Below are positions 11,564 to 21,200 of a DNA stretch of 64,000 nucleotides, piece by piece; position 1 is the stretch's first letter, and every line of letters begins with the position of its first letter. The notes beneath the pieces are model-generated. The model saw only the letters and a list, made by a program, of their open reading frames with translations. It ran no database searches and was not told the DNA's origin. Source of the DNA: Gammaproteobacteria bacterium (GTDB lineage: Bacteria > Pseudomonadota > Gammaproteobacteria > Eutrophobiales > Eutrophobiaceae); NCBI GenBank assembly GCA_965215365.1, contig CBDCDS010000003.1:1312001-1376000 (forward strand), read 5' to 3'. The translations under genes and the position numbers were made by a program.

Positions 11564-11681
11564 TGCTGTTGGTAATATGAGACAAAAATAAAATTATGTT
11601 GCATAGATGGAATAACCCTGTACTATGGGCGCAGCGGCGCTTGTGAGGTTGCCCTGCGTAACATGAGACTTGGGGCGAGTC

Positions 11682-11710
11682 TTGACAAAATATTCTTGTT
11701 CAGGTACGGT
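11682..11710 (+). promoter_or_regulatory. Putative sigma70 promoter of the TonB-dependent receptor
   Basis: TTGACA-17 bp-TACGGT, about 100 bp upstream of the start. Confidence 0.45.
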
Positions 11711-11812
11711 CGCGAATGTTGGTTGGCAGTTCAGCGATTCGCTGGGTATGATGAATGGAACTGCTGTGAATAGTGCTAAACTAAACGTTAATGATGTCAG
11801 AGGAGTGTTGTT

Positions 11813-14350
11813 ATGAATATGATTAAATGTGCATTGTCCGGGAGCATCTCGAAGACGACCGCATCGGTTGCGGAAAAGATGCTTTGTTGTTCGGCGATAT
11901 TGTTGTTTATGACGGGTGCGGTGTCTCAGGCACAGGCGCAAGATGAAGGCGCTTCGTCCTCAGCGATTGAGGAAGTCGTGGTGCTTGCGCAAAAGCGCGA
12001 GCAGAACTTGCAGGATGTGCCGGCTTCGGTAGCGGTGATAACGGGTGAGGATATGGCGGCCATCGGTGCCAGCAGTGGTGTTGATATACTGAAGTTGACC
12101 CCGGCAATTACGCTGTACGGCGATCAGGACCCCAGGACAACCAATTTTTCCATTCGGGGTATTTCCAGCACGTTTCTTCGGTCGGCAATTGAGCCAAGCG
12201 CCAGCATTATCATCGACGGAGAGACTTTGCCTCGTTCATCAGCCCTCAATATGGATTTCCTGGATATTGAACGTGTTGAAGTTCTGCGTGGACCTCAAGG
12301 GACGCTGTTCGGTAAAAACGTTTCGGCCGGTGCTTTGCATATTGTGACGAAACGGCCGTCTCTGGATGGCTTCAGCGGTAATATGAACGTTACTGTGGCG
12401 GAGGATGATGAGTACATCACACGCGGTGGGGTCAATATACCGTTGAGTGACACTGCTGCGGTGCGTTTGAATGGCTATTGGCGTGATATGGGTGGCTGGA
12501 TTCCCAACCTGGACAGCACTGAGCCGGATGGTGGGCAGAAAGAGGGTTGGGGTGCGCGTGCACAGTTTCTGTACGAGCCTTCCGACAGATTGGAGGTACT
12601 GGCCAGGGTTGAGGTGTCAGGGGAGAATTATGGCCCAGGCGCCAAGGTGCTTACAGGAGTTCCCGGCGATGATCAGCTGACACCGGAAATGATTACTGCT
12701 CTGGAGCTTTCCGGCGACAGGAGAATCTCCGGCGAAAGGATAGTTGCCGACCGCAACAACGCGGCTTACAGCAGCAACAGGACAACTTCTCAAATCGGTG
12801 ATCGCGATTACGGTGATTTGGATAATCTGGCGTTTTCCTTGGAGAGCAGGTACGACGCGGGCGCATTTGACGTTGTTCTGGTGGGTTCCTACCGTGATCT
12901 GGAACTTTACACGAATGAGGATCAAACCTTGATTGCGGTTGACTCGGGGCAGTACTACTTCGCCGGCGACACCAATACTGAGGCCGTACAACTGGAAGGG
13001 CGCATCGAGTCCACCGGTGGTGGCCCGGTGAGCTACACCGCGGGGCTGTACTACAACCAGCAAGAGATCTACCGTAGCGAGAGGACAAAAGAGTGTATCC
13101 AGTACGGTAACCCCTCCGGTCTTCCGAGTGGCACTGTGATCGATCCGATAACTCGCAGAATTACCGATTGTGGCGGCACGGGTCTCGATCATATGCAAGA
13201 TCAGGAATTTCAGTCAACATTGGACGTTAAGAATTACGCGGTATTTACCAATTTTGAATGGCGCGTGCATGACTCGATCAATCTGTTTGCCGGGGCCAGA
13301 CTGCTGTATGAGGAACAGGACTTGACCCATGAGATATTAGCGAGCCCGAGCGGCCGGCCTGCGTATGGCAGTCCTGCTGGAGGGATTCCTGCATTTACGG
13401 TTGAGGCGGACGACACCGCGGTCATCGGCAGAGTAGGTGGGCAGTATTTTTTCAATGATGACACTATGCTCTATACCAGTTTTACGACTGGTTACAAGGG
13501 TAGGGCCTGGGACAACTGGTTCGGTCATTCCGGAATCTATATGGAGCCGGATTTTGCACAGACGTTTAAGGAGCAACGTCTGGCAGGTGCCGAGAAACCG
13601 CAGCAATGGGAAGTAGGTTTTAAGGGCGACTTTTTCGATGGTCGCGGTCGCCTGAATGCGACGTTCTTCCGCACCGACATCGATGGTTATCAGGATAATG
13701 TCCAGTTGCCCGACCCTGCCAGCCCCAGGGGGCTTGCTGGTGGCATCAGGCGTTTGCAGGGTGTGGATGTGCGCACGCAGGGCGTAGAGCTGGAGGTGAT
13801 AGTTGTGCCTGTTGATAATTTGACGCTGTCCGGCTCTTTCAGTTGGGTTGATGCCACTTATCAGGATGTGCATTATTCGGGGTGCACACCCATTGCGCGG
13901 GCTGACGGCGCTTGCGAGATGGTTGAGAGCTTTACGCTTGACGGGACACGTGAACTTCTGGAGCTGACCAACGCCAAAGGTGAGCAGATTGCTAACGCTA
14001 TTGAGTTCTCCTATCTTTTGAGCGCTGATTATCGGCTTGATTTACCGGGCGGGTATGCGGGTTCGGCCAGAATAACCTACCGGTGGATGGATAATCAGGA
14101 GTTTGCCTTCAAGCACCCCTTTCAGCAACGGGAAGATTACGGTGTTGCCAATCTCAGCATGCGTCTGGCCGCGCCGGAGAATCGATGGGCATTGACGTTC
14201 TTTATCAACAATCTGTTTGATGACGAGTATCACGAGCGTACCGGCGGCGCCTATGCAGTGGGTTATGCCGCTCCTCGTGGTGGCCGTTCCGACACCATGC
14301 CAAGAGATTACAAGCGTTACATGGGAGCCAACTTGAGTGTTAATTTTTAA
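11813..14350 (+). CDS. TonB-dependent receptor
   Basis: Signal peptide, TonB box IEEVVV, plug motif DIERVEVLRGPQGTLFGKN, C-terminal Phe. Confidence 0.93.
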   Translation: MNMIKCALSGSISKTTASVAEKMLCCSAILLFMTGAVSQAQAQDEGASSSAIEEVVVLAQKREQNLQDVPASVAVITGEDMAAIGASSGVDILKLTPAITLYGDQDPRTTNFSIRGISSTFLRSAIEPSASIIIDGETLPRSSALNMDFLDIERVEVLRGPQGTLFGKNVSAGALHIVTKRPSLDGFSGNMNVTVAEDDEYITRGGVNIPLSDTAAVRLNGYWRDMGGWIPNLDSTEPDGGQKEGWGARAQFLYEPSDRLEVLARVEVSGENYGPGAKVLTGVPGDDQLTPEMITALELSGDRRISGERIVADRNNAAYSSNRTTSQIGDRDYGDLDNLAFSLESRYDAGAFDVVLVGSYRDLELYTNEDQTLIAVDSGQYYFAGDTNTEAVQLEGRIESTGGGPVSYTAGLYYNQQEIYRSERTKECIQYGNPSGLPSGTVIDPITRRITDCGGTGLDHMQDQEFQSTLDVKNYAVFTNFEWRVHDSINLFAGARLLYEEQDLTHEILASPSGRPAYGSPAGGIPAFTVEADDTAVIGRVGGQYFFNDDTMLYTSFTTGYKGRAWDNWFGHSGIYMEPDFAQTFKEQRLAGAEKPQQWEVGFKGDFFDGRGRLNATFFRTDIDGYQDNVQLPDPASPRGLAGGIRRLQGVDVRTQGVELEVIVVPVDNLTLSGSFSWVDATYQDVHYSGCTPIARADGACEMVESFTLDGTRELLELTNAKGEQIANAIEFSYLLSADYRLDLPGGYAGSARITYRWMDNQEFAFKHPFQQREDYGVANLSMRLAAPENRWALTFFINNLFDDEYHERTGGAYAVGYAAPRGGRSDTMPRDYKRYMGANLSVNF

Positions 14351-14374
14351 GGTTCATCTCCCTGTAGATGAGGC

Positions 14375-14404
14375 AGCGGTCGCGCGCAAGCGCGGCCGCT
14401 TTTG
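14375..14404 (+). terminator. Rho-independent terminator/attenuator after the TBDR
   Basis: AGCGGTCGCGC-GCAA-GCGCGGCCGCT hairpin ending in a TTTT run. Confidence 0.6.
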
Positions 14405-14433
14405 GGTTGTGTGCAAAAGAGCGTTGCAATCTG

Positions 14434-15954
14434 ATGATTAACAGAGCTCGGGTGGTTATTGCCACGGCATGTTTCTTTCTTGTCACCTCATACATCGCCA
14501 TTCATGCCACCGAAACAAGTGTGGCAGGGAATGCTGGTAAAGGTGTTTTTCCAAACATTGTTCTGATTCTTGCGGACGATATGGGTTATGGCGATATTCA
14601 AAGCTATAACCCTGATAGTAAAATCCCTACCCCTCATCTTGACCGTCTGGTGTCGGCGGGCATGCGCTTCACCGACGCACACTCTCCGTCTGCAGTGTGT
14701 ACGCCCACTCGCTACGGATTGCTGACCGGCCGTTACGCGTGGCGTACCAGCCTCAAGAGTGGTGTCTTGTGGGGCTATTCTCCCTTGCTTATTGAAGAAG
14801 ACCGGGTGACGTTGGCGTCTTTGTTAAGAGCACGGGGTTATCATACGGCAGCGATTGGCAAGTGGCATTTGGGCATGGGCTCCCGTGAGGCCAATTACTT
14901 CGAAGCACCCATCGTCGATGGCAGGGATACCAGTTTTGATTTCGGTTACTTGCGGCCAGGCCCCAATGAGGTAGGGTTTGATTACTTTTTTGGCATTCCC
15001 GCCTCGTTGGATATGAAACCCTATATCTATGTGGAAAACGCCAGACCCTATACGCCGCTGACCGGCAAGTTGGTGGAAGCAAGTGCAATGCGTCGCTATG
15101 GAGGCGGGGGGTACTGGCGCAAAGGACAGATTGCCGAGGGTTTTGCACATGCAGAGGTGTTGTCACAAATAACCGATAAAGCTGTCGGCTATATTCAGCA
15201 ACGCGGACAGGATGACAATGACCAGCCGTTCTTTCTCTATTTTCCGTTGACCGCGCCGCACACTCCCTGGCTGCCTGCCAGTGAGTTCCAGGGGAAAAGT
15301 AGCGCCGGTTATTACGGAGATTTTGTGGCTCAAGTGGATGATACGGTCGGACAGATCATGGCGGCCTTAGCACAACAAGGTTTTGCTGATAATACACTGG
15401 TCATTTTTACGTCCGACAACGGCGCGCACTGGCTATCGACAGACATTGAGCAATTTGATCACCTAGCTAATGGTTTATGGCGCGGTCAAAAGGCAGACAT
15501 CTATGAGGGCGGCCATCGGGTGCCGTTCATCGCAAAATGGACCGGACGTATTCCTGCCGGTACGGTCAGTGAGCTGCCGATAGCGCATACGGATTTAATG
15601 GCCACTATTGCAGAGGTGGTTAATACCCCAATGGGCCCTGAGGCCGGTCCGGATAGTTTCAGTTTTTTACCTGCTCTACGGGGTGAGGCCGTGGCGCAAG
15701 ACGCGCGTCCGCCAATGGTGCACCATTCATTGTACGGCATGTTTGCCATCCGGGAGGGTGATTGGAAACTGATAGACGGCCTTGGTAGCGGCGGTTTTAC
15801 TGAGCCTGCCCAGGTTGAGGCCATCGCAGGTGAAGAGGCGGTACGCCTCTATAATCTGGCAACAGACCCTGCTGAAACAAACAACGTCGCGGCCGACCAT
15901 CCCCAACAGGTCGTTCGCATGCGGCAGCGCTTGGCGCAGATAAAACAGCTTTAG
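14434..15954 (+). CDS. Formylglycine-dependent (S1, Cys-type) sulfatase, exported
   Basis: ILADDMGYGD, CTPTRYGLLTGR, GKWHLG, SDNG and YEGGHRVP motifs. Start 14434 is preferred over 14368, whose reading runs through the terminator hairpin. Confidence 0.92.
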   Translation: MINRARVVIATACFFLVTSYIAIHATETSVAGNAGKGVFPNIVLILADDMGYGDIQSYNPDSKIPTPHLDRLVSAGMRFTDAHSPSAVCTPTRYGLLTGRYAWRTSLKSGVLWGYSPLLIEEDRVTLASLLRARGYHTAAIGKWHLGMGSREANYFEAPIVDGRDTSFDFGYLRPGPNEVGFDYFFGIPASLDMKPYIYVENARPYTPLTGKLVEASAMRRYGGGGYWRKGQIAEGFAHAEVLSQITDKAVGYIQQRGQDDNDQPFFLYFPLTAPHTPWLPASEFQGKSSAGYYGDFVAQVDDTVGQIMAALAQQGFADNTLVIFTSDNGAHWLSTDIEQFDHLANGLWRGQKADIYEGGHRVPFIAKWTGRIPAGTVSELPIAHTDLMATIAEVVNTPMGPEAGPDSFSFLPALRGEAVAQDARPPMVHHSLYGMFAIREGDWKLIDGLGSGGFTEPAQVEAIAGEEAVRLYNLATDPAETNNVAADHPQQVVRMRQRLAQIKQL

Positions 15955-16030
15955 ACCACTCCAACCCGGTGCATTGATAAAACCCATCCTTGCTATTGAA
16001 AAATACAATGAGACCGAGTTTCGTTTTCGC

Positions 16031-16059
16031 TTGATATCAAATACCGGCTTTGGTCTAAT
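16031..16059 (+). promoter_or_regulatory. Putative sigma70 promoter of the fucosidase, overlapping a 10-bp palindrome
   Basis: TTGATA-17 bp-TCTAAT with an extended TGn; TTGATATCAA palindrome over the -35. Confidence 0.4.
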
Positions 16060-16113
16060 GTCGGTATCTCATATTACCATTACGCTGTGTCGCTGATGTA
16101 GGAGGTAGTTGAA

Positions 16114-17703
16114 ATGTCCTGCGATTCTTGTTCTCTAACCTGTATGGAACGTCTGTTTTTCCGCAATGCCCCGTTGCTATCGGTCGGGTCTTTGGGAAAG
16201 TGGTTATCGGGTCTTGGTCTCGTTATTCTTTTGCAAATCCCGGGTGTGGGTGTTGCAGAGCAAACGGCGCCTCGTTACGAGGCCAACTGGCAGTCGCTGG
16301 ATCAGCGCCCGATCGCGGATTGGTTCGGCGCCGCTAAATTCGGCATATTCATTCACTGGGGCCCGTACTCCGTCCCGGCCTGGTCACCCAAAGGCACTTA
16401 CTCCGAGTGGTATCAGCACTGGATGCAGGGCAAGGCGCTGTTCGGCAATGGTGACTTCGAAGGTGATGAAGTTTATCAGTACCATGTCAAAACCTATGGG
16501 GATGATTTCACTTATTACCAGTTTGCCGATGAATTTACCGCAGACCTGTTCGAGCCGGACGCCTGGGCAAACCTGTTTGAGCAAGCCGGTGCCAGATACG
16601 TGGTCCTGACTTCCAAGCATCACGACGGTTTTACGTTGTGGCCGAACGAGCAAGCCAACGACCAGGGTTTCGCCTGGAATAGCGTGGAGCGAGGGGCGAA
16701 GCGTGACCTGGTGGGTGAATTATCTGCGGCGGTCAAGAAGACACCCCTGAAAATGGGGCTGTACTACTCGTTGTACGAGTGGTATCACCCCTGGTGGCTG
16801 AATGACAAGGAACGTTTTGTCTCAGAGCACTTCCTGCCACAGGCCAAAGATCTGGTGGAGCGCTACCAGCCGGATATCTTGTGGGCGGATGGCGAGTGGG
16901 ACATGGAGGCCGAGAAATGGCGCTCGCCGGAGTTGCTGGCCTGGCTGTTCAACGAATCCTCAGTGAAAGACACCGTCGTCATTAATGACCGCTGGGGGAC
17001 CGACCGCGCGGGGGAAATGTTGCGCGGTCGACACGGCGGCTACTACACTACCGAATATCAGGCCGACGGTGAATTTGACCGCCCCTGGGAAGAGATTCGC
17101 GGCATGGGGCTCTCGTTTGGCTACAACCGCAACGAAGATGCACAGGACTACAACAGTACCCGTACCTTGCTGTTGTTGCTGCTCGATGTGGTCAGTAAGG
17201 GCGGCAATCTACTGCTGAATATCGGCCCTGACCACCGCGGGCGTATTCCACCCATCATGCAGCAGCGGCTGCTGGAGATGGGGGCCTGGCTGAAGGTGAA
17301 TGGTGAGGCCGTTTACGGCACTGAGAAATGGCGTCAGTCGGTGCAATGGTCGGCAGGAGACCGCAACATTGACCTGCCGGACCTCCGCTATATCCCCGGC
17401 GATTACATCCTCAAGCAGACGCTTAATCCCCCTCCCGGCAAAGCGGTGAAAGAACTGTTTTTCACCCATAAGGGGGCAGACCTGTATGCCATATCCCCGA
17501 CCTACCCGAAAGGCAGGTTGGTCATTAAGGGAATCACGCCCACCGAGAGCACCACAATTACCCTGCTTGGCCACGAAAATCCTCTTGAGTACCAGTCAGA
17601 GGAAGGCAATATCATCGTGCAAGTGCCGCCGCTGAGCGTTGATGAATTGCCCTGCCAACATGCCTGGAGTTTCAGGATTACCGGGGTACTCGGCGATTTG
17701 TAA
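16114..17703 (+). CDS. GH29 alpha-L-fucosidase
   Basis: AKFGIFIHWG, SEWY, TSKHHDGF, LWADG (nucleophile), INDRWG and GGNLLLNIGP motifs; RBS AGGAGG. Confidence 0.93.
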   Translation: MSCDSCSLTCMERLFFRNAPLLSVGSLGKWLSGLGLVILLQIPGVGVAEQTAPRYEANWQSLDQRPIADWFGAAKFGIFIHWGPYSVPAWSPKGTYSEWYQHWMQGKALFGNGDFEGDEVYQYHVKTYGDDFTYYQFADEFTADLFEPDAWANLFEQAGARYVVLTSKHHDGFTLWPNEQANDQGFAWNSVERGAKRDLVGELSAAVKKTPLKMGLYYSLYEWYHPWWLNDKERFVSEHFLPQAKDLVERYQPDILWADGEWDMEAEKWRSPELLAWLFNESSVKDTVVINDRWGTDRAGEMLRGRHGGYYTTEYQADGEFDRPWEEIRGMGLSFGYNRNEDAQDYNSTRTLLLLLLDVVSKGGNLLLNIGPDHRGRIPPIMQQRLLEMGAWLKVNGEAVYGTEKWRQSVQWSAGDRNIDLPDLRYIPGDYILKQTLNPPPGKAVKELFFTHKGADLYAISPTYPKGRLVIKGITPTESTTITLLGHENPLEYQSEEGNIIVQVPPLSVDELPCQHAWSFRITGVLGDL

Positions 17704-17764
17704 GATCCGGTTTGAACGGCTATACTGAACTGAACTGAACTCAACTCAACTGTGGGAGAATACC

Positions 17765-18040
17765 ATGCTTGAACAACTGAATGACTGGGCGCCGTTACTG
17801 ACTATCCTGGTGAGCCTGGGTGGCCTGCAGCTGGGCTTATACCTGGGCCTGCGCACCGATATGCGTGCCTTGGTCGAGGTCCTGGCTGGGGTGCGCGAAC
17901 GTCTCGCGGCCTTAGAAGCGCGCGTCGGTAATTTAGAGACCAGCGTCGGCAATTTAGAGACCCGCGTCGGTAATTTAGAGACCAGCGTCGGCAATTTAGA
18001 GACCCGCGTCGGCCATGTCGAGGCCCACCTAAAAGCATAG
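17765..18040 (+). CDS. Small membrane-anchored coiled-coil protein with heptad expansion
   Basis: Paralog of 11354-11563 with extra repeats (R/S)VGNLET x4; RBS GGAG. Confidence 0.75.
   Translation: MLEQLNDWAPLLTILVSLGGLQLGLYLGLRTDMRALVEVLAGVRERLAALEARVGNLETSVGNLETRVGNLETSVGNLETRVGHVEAHLKA
17921..18012 (+). repeat. In-frame VNTR: 42-bp unit x2 (21-bp heptad x4)
   Basis: CGCGTCGGTAATTTAGAGACCAGCGTCGGCAATTTAGAGACC occurs exactly twice, followed by CGCGTCGG. Confidence 0.9.
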
Positions 18041-18294
18041 CGGTAGCTATGGTTATGCCCCCCCCCCACAGCGCTTGTTCGTCTTCGGCTGACGACATGT
18101 TGAGGCAGGCGCACCGGCTAGGATGCTGGCCGGTATCTAATCTATTTGATTACCGGCCGGCCAGACCGGGAGCTGCGTCGGGTAATCCTTGCATGGCGCC
18201 AAGCCTCATGCTGTTAGCCACTGCGCTGAGCCGCTATGTGCAGTCGGTGCGGGCGGCCTCGATGGTGAGCCTTCAATAGGCAGGAGCTAAAGCC

Positions 18295-21200
18295 TTGTCT
18301 GTGATCCGCATGATGTATCGAACGGCAGGCTTTGCGCACCGCCCGGCGCTCGCCGGGTTGCTGCTGTCAGTGGGGGTGGTCCTGGCCGTCTCCGGTCTGC
18401 TCCGGGCCGGGCCCGTTGCAACGCCCGGTGCCCGCCTCACCGCTGGCGACCTGACGGTCTCTATGGACGAGACCGGCCTCATCACCGGCCTGACCGCTCC
18501 GTCCGGGCGCGACTATCACGTGAACGAGCCGCCCACTGCGCTGCTCAGCCTCATTGTTGAAGATAAACCCACCGACCTACCGTCCGCCGGTACGGCCGCC
18601 CACTATCGCCCCCTCCGCTGGCGTTTTACACCCGGGACACCGCAGCTCGGCGAGACCGCGCGCGGCACTTACACGTTTGACTTTGCCGAGCACCTCAGCG
18701 TGACGGTGGCGTTCGTGGAAAAGCCCGGCTATGCCACTCTGGCCGTAACTGCCCTGCACAATCCCGCCGGCAAGGATGTGCGGCATATCTTGTGGGGGCC
18801 GCTCAGTACCTCTATTACCGAGAGTGTCGGCGAGACGGTGGGCGTGGTGCGCAGTCGTGACTTTGCCATCGGCTTATTCGGCACCAATGCCAAGACCTTA
18901 GGCGGCTGGGCGCGCGCATATCCGGCCACGGGGCTCAAATCCTTAGCCGCCGGTGAGGACACCGCCGGGGATGTGCGTACCGTCGCACAGGACTTTGCAA
19001 CCGCCGCGGCGGTGCGCACGGTGCCGGGCAGTATTCTACAAGCCCATACCCAAGACTACACCCAAGGGCGCATGGTGGAGGTGGCGCCCACCGGTGGTCA
19101 GGAAGGGCGCCGCCGGTGGGTACCCGCTCTGACGGGAGAGTTCGCCACAGCCGGGCAACTAGTCGGCTCGCAGGTGGCGTTGTTCGGTGTCGCCGGCACC
19201 GATGCCGCCGCCGTGACGCATGCGTCACGGCGCGAGGCCTTGTATGTCAAGGTGCTGGCGCGCATTGGCGCTATTGAGGTAGGGGAGGGCATGCCCCATC
19301 CGCAGCTCGATAAGGTCTGGGCTAAGCAAGCACTGCGCGCCAATGCGCCGTATTTGCTGTTAGAGGACTTAGACAGTCACAACTTGGACACCGCCTTGCG
19401 CTGGGCTAATGAGCTCGGCTGGGACACGGTCGCTAAAGACGCCTGCTGGGGCGTGTTCGCGCGCGGGGGTGATTTCCCTGTCAGTGACGCCTTCGGCGGC
19501 TCGGACAATGCCTTGCGCTCGGTCATTGAACGCGCCCGCGCCCGACACACCACGCTGGGCGTGGACATCCGCTCGAACTGGTTACCGGCACCCTATGCCA
19601 CGACCCACCTCGGCGGGTTAGCAGCGGCACAACATGCCACCTTAGCCGCACCCGTCACCGCCACGGCCACGACACTGACCGTGGCACCGTTACCGGGCGG
19701 TGATTTGCAGCCCGGGTTCGCCACCACGGGGTACGTGGTCATCGGCACGGAGCTGATGGGTTATACCGAGACCACCCCTGTGGCCGGCAACCTGGTATTG
19801 TCGGGACTCACGCGCGGGGTCGATGCCACCTTAGCCCAGGGCCATGCAGTCGATGCACCGGTCAAGCGGGTGATTCGCAAGACGCAGTGCGGGGAATATC
19901 TGGCCGGCTTGACGCTGATGCGCGGGCGGGTTGCCGAGCGGCTCATCGAGGTACTGGACTTAGGCCTGGGCGGCGTGTCCTTAAGCGGTGCTGAGGCGCT
20001 GGCGGCAGACGGCTACGGTGCGCTGGCGGCGAACCTGGTGATGGACAAAATCTATCGCGCCCTGGCCGACAACGACAACCTCATTACCGAGCTCAGTGTG
20101 CTCACGCCTTATACTTGGCATGTCAACACCCGTGCCGGTGCGGTCAATCAGGACCGGCGCATTTTGTCATCGGGCTTAGCCGCCCCGCAGGTGTCTTATC
20201 CGTGGGGTGCGCAGGTCTCTGCCCGGCGTAATTATCTGGCGCGCCCGATGCTGGGACGCTGGCATATCCCAGACGCCAATGGCTGGCGTTGGGCGCTGGG
20301 CAAGGCCGCCGCGCTCGATGCCGGGTTGGCCTATGTCGGGCGCGTGCGCGATGCGGCCCGGCATGACGCCCCGTTGCGCCGTGAGATTCGCCACTGGCGC
20401 TATGCCGCACTGGCCGGTGCCTTCGATGCGCCCAATCGCTTAGTGATGCAAGAGCGGGGCGCGTATTTTAAGTTAGACCGGGTGCGCCATGCCGGGGCCA
20501 TTGGCCCGACCTGGAAATTATCCGACTGGGCACCGCTCGGCGCCGCCGGCGGGCAGCGCCGCAACAGCCGTTATTTAGCCCCGCAGCTGCGGGGTTTTCC
20601 CACCGCCAACTTAGCGCGTGATGCCGAGGTGACGGTGTCCGGCGCCTTAGCGCCGGAATTTGACGGCGCGCACGCGCTCGATGGGTTCACGGTGACCGGT
20701 CACGATGGCGGTGCCGGGGAATGGGCGCTTGCTGCCGGTGCCCGTGAGAAGTGGATTGAGCTGACCTGGGAGACCCCCCGGCGGGTGCGTGAGATCATAT
20801 TGTTTGACCGCGCCTCCCCGCAGCAGAACGTGCGCGCCGGGAGTTTGACATTGACCCGGGCCGATGGCACCACCACCACGCAGCGGGTCGATGCCTTGCC
20901 GCTGACCGGCGGGGCGAAGCGCATCGCCCTGTCCGACCAAGCGCTGGTCAAGGCGCGTTTCACCCTGCACGCGACCCAGGGTGCCGCCCCGGGCTTAGCA
21001 GAGTTCGCAGTGTTAGGCCCCGCGCCGGTCTATCAGGTTAGCAACTTAGCCACCGGCGCCGTAGTCAGTGGCGTGACAGCCGGTCAGGGCGCGCGCATCA
21101 CTGACGGGGTGATAGCGCCCGGCGCCGAGCCGGCGGCGACACTGACCGGCACTTGGGCACAGTTGGACTTAGGCGGGCTGCATTATATCGGCGGGCTGAG

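Noticed and set aside
17921-18012. Possible CRISPR array
   Set aside because: Contiguous in-frame repeats without spacers; no cas genes.
18049-18279. 76-aa ORF in frame with the giant gene (possible readthrough or upstream extension)
   Set aside because: No recognisable protein features. An RBS and signal peptide follow the TAG, so the giant gene starts downstream.
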